A DNA stretch of 64,000 bases from an uncultured Gammaproteobacteria bacterium (lineage in GTDB: Bacteria; Pseudomonadota; Gammaproteobacteria; Steroidobacterales; Steroidobacteraceae). The translations under genes were made by a program, and so were the position numbers. Position 1 is the stretch's first letter, and every line of letters starts with the position of its first letter. Positions 27,681-37,839 of this stretch are shown piece after piece. Location of the stretch: contig CAVSSU010000007.1 of the NCBI GenBank assembly GCA_963730565.1, positions 4,170-68,169 of the forward strand, written 5' to 3'. Under the pieces are notes generated by a model. The model did not search any database and was not told where the DNA came from. It was given only the letters and a program-made list of their open reading frames with translations.

Positions 27681-29357
27681 CTATTCGTCAACGGGCCGAT
27701 TCACGGTTTCAGGGAGGAACAGAAGCCCGACCACCACGGTGATCCCGGCGACCACGATCGGATACCAAAGACCATAATAGATATCGCCGGTCGCAGCGAC
27801 CATCGCGAAGGCCGTCGTCGGCAGGAATCCGCCGAACCAGCCGTTGCCGATGTGATACGGCAGCGACATCGCGCTGTAGCGGATGCGCGCGGGAAACAAC
27901 TCGACCAGCAACGCCGCGATCGGCCCGTACACCATGGTCACGTACAGCACCAGAATGAACAGGACGAGCACCACCATCGGTTTGTTGATGCTCGCTGGAT
28001 CCGCCTTGTCCGGATAGCCCACCGCCGATAACGCCGTCTTCGCGGAGCCTTGAAACGCGGCGATCGCGGCTTTGCGCTCCGCACCGGTCACGGCACGCGG
28101 ATCCGGCGCCGTGAGTGTCGTGTCCCCGGCTCGAATCTGCGCCACCGCTCCGGCGGGAGCGTCGATTCGTTGATAGGAAACCCCCGCCTTCGCCAGGAAG
28201 CTCTTTGCGATATCGCACGAGGTCGAATCGAATTTGTTCTTGCCGACGGGATCGAATTGGAACGAACACTGCGCCGGATCCGCGATCACGGCCACGGGCG
28301 CGCTTGCCTGCGCCGCGAACAACGCGGGATTCGCGTAGCGGGTCAGCGCGTGAAACAGCGGCGAGTAGGTGAACATCGCCAGGAGACACCCGGCGAGAAT
28401 GATCGGCTTTCGGCCGATTCGATCGGACATCCAGCCGAAAAGAATGAATGCCGGTGTGGCGAGCGCGAGCGCGAGCGCCGTCAGGATGTTGGTGGTAGCG
28501 CCATCGACGCGCAGCACGCGCTCGAGAAAAAACAGCGCATAGAACTGTCCCGTGTACCACACCACCGCCTGTCCCATGACGGCGCCGAGCAACGCGATCA
28601 ACACGATTTTCAAGTTGCTCCACCGGCCGAACGCTTCCGAAAGCGGGGCCTTGGATGTCGTGCCCGCGCGCTTCATGCTGACGAACACGGGGCTCTCGTC
28701 GAGTTGCATTCGGATCCAGAGCGAGACCATCAACAGCAGCAGGGAGATCAGGAAGGGAATGCGCCATCCCCAGCTCTTGAAGGCGTCCTCCCCCATGGCC
28801 GTCCGAGTGCCGATCACCACCAGGAGCGCCGCGAACAACCCGAGCGTCGCGGTAGTTTGAATCCAGCTGGTGTACAGGCCGCGTTTTCCTTGGGGCGCAT
28901 GCTCGGCGACGTAAACCGCGGCGCCCCCGTATTCCCCGCCCAGCGCGAGGCCTTGGAGCAGCCGCAGCGCGACGAGAGCGATCGGAGCCGCGACCCCCGC
29001 GGTGGCGTAGCTCGGCAGCAGTCCCACCAGGAAGGTCGCGCCGCCCATGATGCTCATGGTGATGAGAAACGTATGCTTGCGGCCGACGAGATCTCCGAGG
29101 CGGCCGAACACGAGTGCTCCGAAGGGTCGTACGGCGAATCCCGCGGCGAAGGCGGCCAAGGCGAATATGAATCCGGTGACCTCGTTGACGCCGGAGAAAA
29201 ACTGCGCGGTGATGACGCTTGCCAGCAGACCATATAGATAAAAGTCATACCACTCGAACACCGTGCCGAGCGATGACGCGCCGATCACCATCCATGGGTT
29301 CTGCACCGCCTTGCGGTGGACGCGACCGCTCCCCGCGACCGCAGCCGTATTGTCCAT
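27681..29357 (-). CDS. MFS transporter, metabolite:H+ symporter (MHS) type with a large central soluble insert
   Basis: N-terminus GTVFEWYDFYLYG and RPFGALVFGRLGDLVGRK are typical MHS signatures. 558 aa. Confidence 0.8.
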   Translation of the reverse strand: MDNTAAVAGSGRVHRKAVQNPWMVIGASSLGTVFEWYDFYLYGLLASVITAQFFSGVNEVTGFIFALAAFAAGFAVRPFGALVFGRLGDLVGRKHTFLITMSIMGGATFLVGLLPSYATAGVAAPIALVALRLLQGLALGGEYGGAAVYVAEHAPQGKRGLYTSWIQTTATLGLFAALLVVIGTRTAMGEDAFKSWGWRIPFLISLLLLMVSLWIRMQLDESPVFVSMKRAGTTSKAPLSEAFGRWSNLKIVLIALLGAVMGQAVVWYTGQFYALFFLERVLRVDGATTNILTALALALATPAFILFGWMSDRIGRKPIILAGCLLAMFTYSPLFHALTRYANPALFAAQASAPVAVIADPAQCSFQFDPVGKNKFDSTSCDIAKSFLAKAGVSYQRIDAPAGAVAQIRAGDTTLTAPDPRAVTGAERKAAIAAFQGSAKTALSAVGYPDKADPASINKPMVVLVLFILVLYVTMVYGPIAALLVELFPARIRYSAMSLPYHIGNGWFGGFLPTTAFAMVAATGDIYYGLWYPIVVAGITVVVGLLFLPETVNRPVDE

Positions 29358-29393
29358 GTCCCACCCCCCCCTTTTGAGCGTACCGCTGATCGA

Positions 29394-30218
29394 TCAGTGC
29401 GTGGACGGCCCCGCGTTGCCGGTAGACGATCCCGCGCCGGTCCGTCCGGCGGTCACGATCGAGCGTAATTCCCTGAGCTTGGCCTTGATCACGGCCGCGT
29501 TATCCGCGCCCATGCGAATCAACAACTTCTGCCCCGCGGGCAGGGCCTCGAGCGTGGGATCCGAGAACGTGTACAGGACATTCGGCCGCGTGAGCTCGAT
29601 GGGCCCGGCCGGCTCGGGCGCCGCCAGCAGCGAATCGATCACCGCAACCAGCCGATCGTTGAAATATGCGTTCGGATATCCGAGATCCTGATACGCGCCC
29701 TGGAACAGCGGATAGAAGCGCAGATACACGTCGGCCACGCGCTGCATGTCGAGCTTGCGCAGCGCGTTCACCATCGGCTCGTAGCGCGCGAAATTCTTGA
29801 GGTCGAGCGTCGCATGAATCTCATCGCCCTGCACCAGAAAAGGGCCGCCCGGCGATACCGTCGGACGCTTCGCCGCGGGCGCTTTTTGCCGCGGCAGGTT
29901 GTCGATGGTCACCACCAGATGCCGCACGATGCTCTCCGGCACCAGATATTGCGCGGCGTCGTTGCCGAGCGCTTCGCCGAGCGCATCCTTGATCGCGGGA
30001 TCGCTGTCGTTCAACGCCGGCAGAGGGGCCTGCGGCGCGGACGGCGAGCTTGGCACGGGATTCTCCACGGCAGGTGGCGAGGCGGGCGCAGCCGGCGCGG
30101 GAGTCAGGGCGGCCGCCGGGTGCGGCGGCCCCGCATTGCGCTTGTGAAAGTAGTACGCGGTGCCCACGCCCGCCACTACCACCACCGCCGCGATCACGAT
30201 CATCGGCTTGTTGACCAT
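29394..30218 (-). CDS. membrane-anchored conserved hypothetical protein (DUF3014-like)
   Basis: Single N-terminal TM, a Pro/Ala linker, then a conserved globular region (VVTIDNLPRQK...YLRFYPLFQGAYQDLGYP). The family assignment is from memory only. Confidence 0.5.
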   Translation of the reverse strand: MVNKPMIVIAAVVVVAGVGTAYYFHKRNAGPPHPAAALTPAPAAPASPPAVENPVPSSPSAPQAPLPALNDSDPAIKDALGEALGNDAAQYLVPESIVRHLVVTIDNLPRQKAPAAKRPTVSPGGPFLVQGDEIHATLDLKNFARYEPMVNALRKLDMQRVADVYLRFYPLFQGAYQDLGYPNAYFNDRLVAVIDSLLAAPEPAGPIELTRPNVLYTFSDPTLEALPAGQKLLIRMGADNAAVIKAKLRELRSIVTAGRTGAGSSTGNAGPSTH

Positions 30219-30328
30219 CGACTCTCCGGCGTCCGAGTGCCCCGCTTATTCTGGCGCAATCCCGTGAAAAAAGCAGCGGCGGCTCGCGTTTCCACGCGAT
30301 CACGCGCCAAGGCGGCTCGCTTCGGCGT

Positions 30329-31387
30329 TCAGCCAGCCTGAGCCATGCGGATCTGAAGCTCTTTGCGCCGGTAGTCGATGATGAGCGTGTCCAGCGTTCC
30401 GAGCGCGTCCATGCCGATCATGATCGCGGGCTCGCTGGTGTATTGCCAATGCTTGAAGATGTAGACATCCGCGAACGTCACGCCGTGATCGTGTATCTGT
30501 ATCTGCCCCATTTCAATCGCCGGCGTGTTGATGAGCTCGCCGGTCTCCACGGCCAGCGTGGCGCCCACGATTTGATCCGGCTTGCCGCGAAATCCGTGAT
30601 CGCGCAGGTACAACGCTTTGCGCAGCGCGATGTTTCCGATCGTGGCTTGCCCGCCTGTATCGATGATCGCTTCGGCCGACACCCCTCCCACCTTGCAGGC
30701 GATCACGATCAATTGACCGTGTCCAAGCCTGAACGGCACGGTCAAGAATCCCCGCGCCGGACGCTCCGCGCGCGAGTAGGTGATGGAAATCTGATCGTGG
30801 CGGAAATCGATGAAAATGCGCTTGTTCTTGAGGCCTTCGGAACCCAGGATGCCCTCCGCTCCGCCCAAGGCATCGGGGACGATGGGCAGGAGCGGGGAAT
30901 CCACGGCGAGATCCCCGACGGTCAGCGTATCCGCCTTGATGGTCGGCACGTCGGCGCTACCCGTCACACCGCGCAGCGTGACGTGGGGCGATGCGTCCGT
31001 GGAAATCCCCAACGCCATTGCGACCATGGCCGTTACCCCGGAACTGCTCGCGCCCGTGTCCAGGACCAAACGGAACGGCCCGCGTCCGTTGATGAGCACA
31101 GGGGCCCAGATCCTGCCGATCTGATCGCGGCGCGTGGGCGCCACGTAGCGCGGCTCGCGCGTCTGCACCATGATCTCGGCGAGCTGATCGACGGCCTCCG
31201 CTGTCGCGACGGCGGGTGCGGACGTGGGCGATCCGGCGGGCGGAGGAACCGCCTGCATGGTGCCCGGGGCATTCTGGGGAGACAAACCGAAGGTAAGCGC
31301 AGCCAGCGCTGCCGCCGCCGCCGGGGCTCGATGTGAAGAATTCGCAGGCTCCGATCGGTCGCTCATGGCGTGGCCCCTCCCCGACAT
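30329..31387 (-). CDS. two-domain retropepsin-like (clan AA) aspartic protease
   Basis: Two DTG catalytic motifs in separate halves: FRLVLDTGASSSGV and AIIDTGGQATIGN. Confidence 0.65.
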   Translation of the reverse strand: MSGRGHAMSDRSEPANSSHRAPAAAAALAALTFGLSPQNAPGTMQAVPPPAGSPTSAPAVATAEAVDQLAEIMVQTREPRYVAPTRRDQIGRIWAPVLINGRGPFRLVLDTGASSSGVTAMVAMALGISTDASPHVTLRGVTGSADVPTIKADTLTVGDLAVDSPLLPIVPDALGGAEGILGSEGLKNKRIFIDFRHDQISITYSRAERPARGFLTVPFRLGHGQLIVIACKVGGVSAEAIIDTGGQATIGNIALRKALYLRDHGFRGKPDQIVGATLAVETGELINTPAIEMGQIQIHDHGVTFADVYIFKHWQYTSEPAIMIGMDALGTLDTLIIDYRRKELQIRMAQAG

Positions 31388-31606
31388 CTTTGCGCATTTA
31401 TACGCCTCCGGCTGGCGCCGAGCACAATCGTGTGACCGTTGGCATGACCTTTTGCGTGCCCTCTTTTACATTGCTCGCGCGTATATCGCTCGCGCGGGCG
31501 TCTTTTGCTGCTTCGCAGCATCCGCACTCGGGGGCTCCTATGCATGAAATTTCATATTGGCCTGCGTGCCCGTTAGTGGTCACATCACCCATTCAGTGAG
31601 TCCGTC

Positions 31607-32146
31607 GTGGCGTTGCCCGACCTTAGCGATCATTATGGCCCGATCAACATGAACACTACTTCGACCCGACGAGTCATCCCCATCCAGGCGGAACCACCCG
31701 ACGCCTTGCGGGCGGCGGAGCGAGCCCGGGTCCTCGAAGCCTGCGCGCTTCTCAAAGACAGCCCCGGGGCGCTTCTGCCCATCCTGCATGCCGTGCAGGA
31801 TGCGATCGGCTTCGTGCCGTCGGAGGCCGTCCAATTGATCGCCGGCGAGCTCAACTTGTCGCGGGCCGAAGTCCATGGCGTCGTGACCTTCTATCACTAT
31901 TTCCGTACCCGGCGCGGCGGCCGGCACGTGGTGCATCTGTGTCGCGCAGAGGCATGCCAGGCCCTCGGAGCGGCTGCTCTGGAAGCCCACGCCAAGAAAA
32001 CCCTGGGGATCGATTTTCACGCAACGAGCGCCGATGGAGCGGTCACCTTCGAACCCGTTTACTGCCTCGGCAACTGCGCGCTCGGCCCCTCGCTCATGAT
32101 CGACACCGATCTGAAGGGCCGGGTCTCTGCGCGAGCGGTTCGATGA
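31607..32146 (+). CDS. fdsG: NAD-dependent formate dehydrogenase gamma subunit (NuoE-like 2Fe-2S)
   Basis: Motifs [37 protein letters not shown] and [12 protein letters not shown]. The start is GTG 31607 or ATG 31646. Confidence 0.85.
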   Translation: MALPDLSDHYGPINMNTTSTRRVIPIQAEPPDALRAAERARVLEACALLKDSPGALLPILHAVQDAIGFVPSEAVQLIAGELNLSRAEVHGVVTFYHYFRTRRGGRHVVHLCRAEACQALGAAALEAHAKKTLGIDFHATSADGAVTFEPVYCLGNCALGPSLMIDTDLKGRVSARAVR

Positions 32147-32176
32147 GTTGATGGCGCCATTGCGGGCGAAGCTCTC

Positions 32177-33751
32177 ATGAAGGCTCTGAGGATCTTCGTA
32201 CCGCAAGATGCCGCCGCACGCTCCATGGGCGCCGATGAGACGGCCCGGGCGGTCGTCGACGAGGCGAAGCGCCGTGCGATCGAGGTGCAACTCGTCCGCA
32301 ACGGCTCGCGCGGCATGCTCTGGCTCGAGCCGTTCGTCGAAGTGGAATTCGATGGAAAGCGCTACGGCTACGGCCCCGTCCAGGCCTCGCAGGTTTCTGA
32401 TTTGTTCGACAACGGCCTGTGCGAACCGGCGAATGCCGCCTCCCGCGGCCACGCCTTGGCGCACGGGCTGACCGAGGAGATTCCGTACTTCAAGCGGCAG
32501 GAGCGCCTGACGTTCGCCCGCGTGGGCATCATCGATCCCGTGTCGATCGAGGACTACGTCGCGCATGGCGGCTACGAGGGCCTCAAGGCGGCACTCGCCA
32601 TTCAGCCGGCGCAGATCGTCGAGAGCGTCACCGCCTCGGGGCTGCGCGGTCGCGGCGGCGCCGCTTTCCCGGCCGGCATCAAGTGGAAAACCGTGCTCGG
32701 CGCGCCGGGCGACCAAAAATACATCGTCTGCAATGCCGACGAGGGCGATTCCGGCACCTTTTCGGATCGCATGCTGATGGAAGGAGACCCTCTCACGCTG
32801 GTCGAGGGCATGACCATCGCCGGCATCGCCACCGGGGCCACACGCGGTTACATCTACTTGCGCTGGGAGTACCCCGACGCGCACCGCACGCTCGAGGCGG
32901 CGATTGCCGCCGCCTACGGCGCTCACTACCTCGGCGACAACATCCAGGGCAGCGGCAAGCGCTTCGATCTGGAAGTTCGATTGGGCGCGGGCGCCTACAT
33001 CTGCGGGGAAGAGACCTCCCTCCTCGAGTCGCTGGAGGGCAAACGCGGGCAGGTGCGCTTCAAGCCGCCCCTTCCCGCGCTCGCCGGCTTGTTCGGCAAG
33101 CCCACCGTGATCAACAACGTCATCACCTTTGCCTCCGTCCCCATCATCCTCGAGCGCGGGGCGCCGTTCTATCAGCATTTCGGCATGGGCCGCTCGCGCG
33201 GCACGCTGCCGATGCAGTTGGCGGGCAACATCAAGCAGGGCGGTCTGGTGGAGGTCGCGTTCGGCATGACCTTGCGCGAGCTCCTGTACGATTTCGGCGG
33301 CGGAAGCTTGAGCGGGCGGCCGATCCGCGCGGTCCAAGTGGGCGGGCCTCTGGGCGCCTACATGCCCGAATCGCAATTCGACACGCCGCTCGACTACGAG
33401 GCCTTCGCCGCCCTCAAGGCCATGCTCGGCCACGGCGGCGTCGTCGTGTTCGACGACACGGTCGACATGGCGGCCCAGGCGCGCTACGCCATGGAATTCT
33501 GTGCCATCGAGTCGTGCGGCAAGTGCACACCCTGCCGGATCGGATCGACGCGCGGCGTCGAAGTCATCGACCGCTTGATCGGCGGTCAGAACGGCGCGGC
33601 CCAGGAGGTCCTGCTGCGCGATCTCTGTGAAACCATGACGTACGGCTCGCTCTGCGCGCTCGGTGGCCTCACGCCCTATCCGGTGCTGTCGGCGCTGAAC
33701 CATTTTCCCGAAGATTTTGTCAAAACATCGAGCGCTCGAGCATCCGCTTGA
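32177..33751 (+). CDS. fdsB: NAD-dependent formate dehydrogenase beta subunit (NuoF-like, FMN/NAD/4Fe-4S)
   Basis: Motifs GLRGRGGAAFPAGIKW, YIVCNADEGDSGTF and ESCGKCTPCRIGS. Confidence 0.9.
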   Translation: MKALRIFVPQDAAARSMGADETARAVVDEAKRRAIEVQLVRNGSRGMLWLEPFVEVEFDGKRYGYGPVQASQVSDLFDNGLCEPANAASRGHALAHGLTEEIPYFKRQERLTFARVGIIDPVSIEDYVAHGGYEGLKAALAIQPAQIVESVTASGLRGRGGAAFPAGIKWKTVLGAPGDQKYIVCNADEGDSGTFSDRMLMEGDPLTLVEGMTIAGIATGATRGYIYLRWEYPDAHRTLEAAIAAAYGAHYLGDNIQGSGKRFDLEVRLGAGAYICGEETSLLESLEGKRGQVRFKPPLPALAGLFGKPTVINNVITFASVPIILERGAPFYQHFGMGRSRGTLPMQLAGNIKQGGLVEVAFGMTLRELLYDFGGGSLSGRPIRAVQVGGPLGAYMPESQFDTPLDYEAFAALKAMLGHGGVVVFDDTVDMAAQARYAMEFCAIESCGKCTPCRIGSTRGVEVIDRLIGGQNGAAQEVLLRDLCETMTYGSLCALGGLTPYPVLSALNHFPEDFVKTSSARASA

Positions 33752-33773
33752 CGCAACCCCCAGGAAACTAGCC

Positions 33774-36634
33774 ATGTTATCCATCGTAGAGCACGATCAC
33801 GGAACCCCGAAGCGGGAAAGCACGAAGCTCGTCAGCCTGACCATCGATGGGAGGGAGATCACGGTGCCCGAGGGCACCTCGGTGATGCGGGCCGCCTCGT
33901 TGTCCGATGTGAAGATCCCTAAGCTCTGCGCGACGGAACAACTGGAGGCGTTCGGTTCCTGCCGCATGTGCCTGGTGCAAATCGATGGGATGAAGGGCCT
34001 GCCCGCCTCCTGCACGACCCCGGTCGCCCAAGGCATGGTGGTCCATACCCAGAACAAGCAACTCGCCGACATTCGTCGCGGCGTGATGGAGCTCTACATC
34101 TCCGATCATCCGCTCGATTGCCTCACCTGTCCCGCGAACGGTCACTGCGAGCTTCAGGACATGGCAGGCGTGGTGGGCCTGCGCGAGGTCCGCTACGGCT
34201 ATGAAGGCGAAAACCACCTGGATGCGCCGAAGGACGAATCCAACCCCTATTTCACGTTCGATGCGAGCAAGTGCATCGTGTGCTCGCGCTGCGTGCGCGC
34301 CTGCGATGAGCAGCAAGGCACGCTCGCGCTCACCATTCAGGGCCGGGGCTTCGAGTCCAAGGTGGCGGCGAGCCAGAACGAGTCCTTCATGGATTCCGAA
34401 TGCGTCTCCTGCGGCGCTTGCGTGCAGGCCTGCCCCACCGCGACGCTCTCCGAGAAGTCGCTGATCGAGAAAGGCCAGGCCGAGCACAGCGTCACCACCA
34501 CCTGCGCCTACTGCGGCGTCGGCTGCTCGTTCCGCGCCGAGATGCAGGGCGAGGAGGTCGTGCGCATGGTGCCCAATTCCGACGGGCATGCGAACCACGG
34601 TCACTCCTGCGTGAAGGGTCGCTTCGCCATCGGCTATGCGACCCACCCCGATCGCATCCTGAAGCCCATGATCCGCAAGCAGATCACCGACCCCTGGCGG
34701 GAAGTGTCCTGGGAGGAAGCGATCGGCTATGCCGCGAGCGAGCTCAAGCGCATTCAAAAGAAGTACGGCCGAAATTCCATCGGCGGCATCACTTCCTCGC
34801 GCTGCACGAACGAGGAGACCTACCTCGTGCAGAAGCTGATCCGCGCCGGCTTCGGCAACAACAACGTCGACACCTGCGCACGGGTCTGTCACTCGCCCAC
34901 CGGTTACGGCTTGAAGAACACCCTCGGCGAGTCGGCCGGCACCCAGAATTTCGACTCGGTGATGCAGGCGGACGTGATCTTCGTCATCGGCGCCAATCCC
35001 ACCGACGGCCATCCGGTATTCGCCTCGCAGATGAAGCGCCGGCTGCGACAGGGTGCGAGGCTGATCGTCGCCGATCCGCGCCGGATCGATCTGGTGCGCT
35101 CGCCGCACATCGCCGCGGACTATCACCTGCAAGCTCCGTCCGGGCACCAATGTCGCATTGATCAATGCCCTCGCCCACGTCATCGTCACCGAAGGCCTGG
35201 TCAAGGAGGATTTCGTGCGCGAGCGCTGCGAGGTGGATTCGTTCGAGAAGTGGCGTGCCTTCGTGTCGCTCGAGAAGAACTCGCCGGAGTCGATGGAGGC
35301 GATCACCGGGGTGCCCGCCGCCGACGTGCGCGCCGCCGCGCGCCTTTACGCCACCGGCGGCAATGGCGCCATCTACTACGGACTCGGCGTCACCGAGCAC
35401 AGCCAGGGCTCCACCATGGTGATGGGCATCGCCAATCTCGCCATGGCGACGGGCAACGTCGGCCGCGAGGGCGTGGGCGTCAATCCGCTGCGCGGCCAGA
35501 ACAATGTGCAGGGGTCCTGCGACATGGGATCCTTCCCGCACGAGTTCCCCGGCTATCGCCATGTATCGGACGACAAGGTGCGCGCGCTGTTCGAGGGAGC
35601 CTGGGGCGTGAGCCTGCAGAACGAGCCCGGGTCTGCGCATCCCGAACATGTTCGAGGCGGCGCTCGACGGTGATTTCAAGGGTCTTTACATCGAGGGCGA
35701 GGACATCGCGCAGTCCGACCCCAATACCCAGCACGTCACGGCGGCGCTCACGTCCATGGAGTGCATCATCGTGCAGGACCTCTTCCTGAACGAATCGGCG
35801 AAGTTTGCCCACGTCTTCCTGCCCGGATCCTCCTTCCTGGAGAAGGACGGCACCTTCACCAACGCCGAGCGCCGCATTTCCCGGGTGCGCAAGGTCATGG
35901 AGCCCAAGGCGGGTTATGCGGACTGGGAGACCACCCAGCTTCTCGCCAACGCGGTCGGCTACCCCATGAGCTACACGCACCCCTCGGAGATCATGGATGA
36001 GATCGCGCGCCTGACGCCGACCTTCACCAACGTGAGCTACCAGCGGCTGGAAGAGCTCGGCAGCATCCAATGGCCGTGCAACGATCAGCACCCCGAGGGC
36101 ACCCCCACCATGCACATCGGGCAGTTCGTGCGTGGCAAGGGCAAGTTCCTGCTGACCGAATACGTGCCGACGGCCGAGAAGGTCAACTCCAAATACCCCT
36201 TGATCCTGACCACCGGGCGAATCCTGAGCCAGTACAACGTGGGCGCGCAGACGCGCCGCACCGAAAACAATCGCTGGCACGACGAGGACCGTGTGGAAAT
36301 GCATCCGCACGACGCCGAGGAACGAGGCATCGCGGACGGAGATTGGGTCGGCATCGCCAGCCGCGCGGGCGACACGGTGCTGCGCGCTCGCATCACCGAG
36401 CGCGTGCAGCCGGGCGTGATCTACACGACGTTCCACTTCCCGGAATCGGGTGCGAACGTGATCACCACCGATAATTCCGACTGGGCCACCAATTGCCCGG
36501 AGTACAAGGTCACCGCGGTGCAGGCGACCCGCGTGAGTCAGCCATCCGAGTGGCAGAAGCGCTTCCGCGAATTCACCGAAACGCAGGAGGCTCTCCTGAA
36601 GGGCGCCGGCACGGAAGCCGTGGCGAGCAAGTAG
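33774..36634 (+). pseudogene. fdsA: formate dehydrogenase alpha subunit (Mo-bisPGD, Cys-type), reading frame broken by two +1 insertions
   Basis: Homology runs continuously across three frames. Frame 0 reaches ...AADYHLQ. Frame +1 reads LRPGTNVALINALAHV...VSLQNEPG. Frame +2 reads LRIPNMFEAALDG...PEYKVTAVQA. The extra bases are near 35131 (CTGCAaGCTCC) and 35632 (CCCGGGtCTGCGC). Fe-S motifs and TCARVCHSPT are present. The repaired length of 952 aa is typical. Confidence 0.8.
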
Positions 36635-36643
36635 GCACAGGCG

Positions 36644-36910
36644 ATGAGCGGCGACACCCACCTCGTGAAGATGGCGAACGACATCGGCAACTTCTTTCGA
36701 TCGGAGCCGGTGCACACCGATGCGGTCGCGGGCATCGCGAATCACATCTCGAAGTTCTGGACTCCGCGGATGCGGCAGAAGCTCTCGGCGTACCTGGCGC
36801 AGCATGGAAATGCGGAACTCGATGAGTTGCCGCGCGAGGCTCTGGAGAGCTTGAACTGCGGCCCGATCACGGCAAAACCCAAGGAAGCGCCCGGCGGCGA
36901 CGCTGGCTAG
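36644..36910 (+). CDS. fdsD: formate dehydrogenase delta subunit
   Basis: 88 aa with LVKMANDIGNFF...ISKFWTPRMR, the typical FdsD motif. It lies directly after fdsA. Confidence 0.8.
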   Translation: MSGDTHLVKMANDIGNFFRSEPVHTDAVAGIANHISKFWTPRMRQKLSAYLAQHGNAELDELPREALESLNCGPITAKPKEAPGGDAG

Positions 36911-37839
36911 CGGCCCGCCAGAGTCCTCACGTGGGCCGCTGCGCTCCGCCCGAGCGCCGTGAGGTTATAGCCCCCCTCCAGCATCGACACGATGCGCCCC
37001 TGCGCATGGCGCGCGGCCAGCGACATGAGCTCGCGGGTCATCCATTCATAATCCTCTTCGACCAGCGCGAGACCGCCGAGGAGGTCCTCGCGGTGCGCAT
37101 CGAAGCCCGCGGAGATCAGGATCATCTGCGGCTTGAACGCCTCGATCGCCGGCGCCCAGTGCTCCTTCAGCGCGCGGCGCGCGGCCGTGCCGTCGCTGCC
37201 GGCCGCCAGGGGCACGTTGAACATGTTGGGGGCGGGGTCATCCGCGCCGCTCCCCGGATAAAAAGGATGCTGAAAGAATCCCGCCATGAGCACCCGTTTC
37301 TGCCATTCGGGCGCGCTGAACATGTCCTCGGTGCCGTTGCCGTGATGCACGTCGAAATCGACGATGGCCACCCGCTCGAGCCCTTTGACCTCGAGCGCAT
37401 AGGCGGCCGCCACCGCGATGTTGTTGAAGATGCAAAAGCCCATGGAACGGGCCGGCGTGGCGTGGTGGCCGCATGGCCGCACCGCGCAGAACGCATTTTG
37501 CACCCGGCCCGAGATCACTTCATCAACCGCGAGCACGCCGGCTCCCGCCGCGCGCCGCGCCGCGCCGAGACTCGAGGGGTTCATGGCGGTGTCGGGATCG
37601 AGCTGCACGTAGCCCTCCTTCGGTGCGTGCTCGAAAATCAGATCGACGTATGCGGCCCGATGCACGCGCTTCAAGTCCTTCTGATCGGCGAGCGGCGCCT
37701 CCAGGCAGCGAAGCTCCGGCAAAATGCCGCTGCTGCGCATGTGTTCGTTCACCGAGTTGAGACGCTCGGGATTCTCCGGATGGCCGGCGCCCATTTCGTG
37801 CCGCAGACATTCAGCGTGGGTGATGTAGGCTGTCGTCAT
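36907..37839 (-). CDS. histone deacetylase-family (HDAC/AcuC-like) amidohydrolase
   Basis: Motifs RPCGHHA, DFDVHHGNGTE and EGGY. The ATG overlaps the stop of the upstream panE-like gene (ATGA). Confidence 0.85.
   Translation of the reverse strand: MTTAYITHAECLRHEMGAGHPENPERLNSVNEHMRSSGILPELRCLEAPLADQKDLKRVHRAAYVDLIFEHAPKEGYVQLDPDTAMNPSSLGAARRAAGAGVLAVDEVISGRVQNAFCAVRPCGHHATPARSMGFCIFNNIAVAAAYALEVKGLERVAIVDFDVHHGNGTEDMFSAPEWQKRVLMAGFFQHPFYPGSGADDPAPNMFNVPLAAGSDGTAARRALKEHWAPAIEAFKPQMILISAGFDAHREDLLGGLALVEEDYEWMTRELMSLAARHAQGRIVSMLEGGYNLTALGRSAAAHVRTLAGR

Noticed and set aside
35125-35640. Programmed ribosomal frameshifting in fdsA.
   Set aside because: Both sites need a +1 shift. There is no known +1 slippery context (no rare-codon or RF2-like stop). 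CCCGGGT at 35625-35632 does not fit a functional -1 heptamer and is the wrong direction. No FdsA family member is known to me to be frameshift-encoded.
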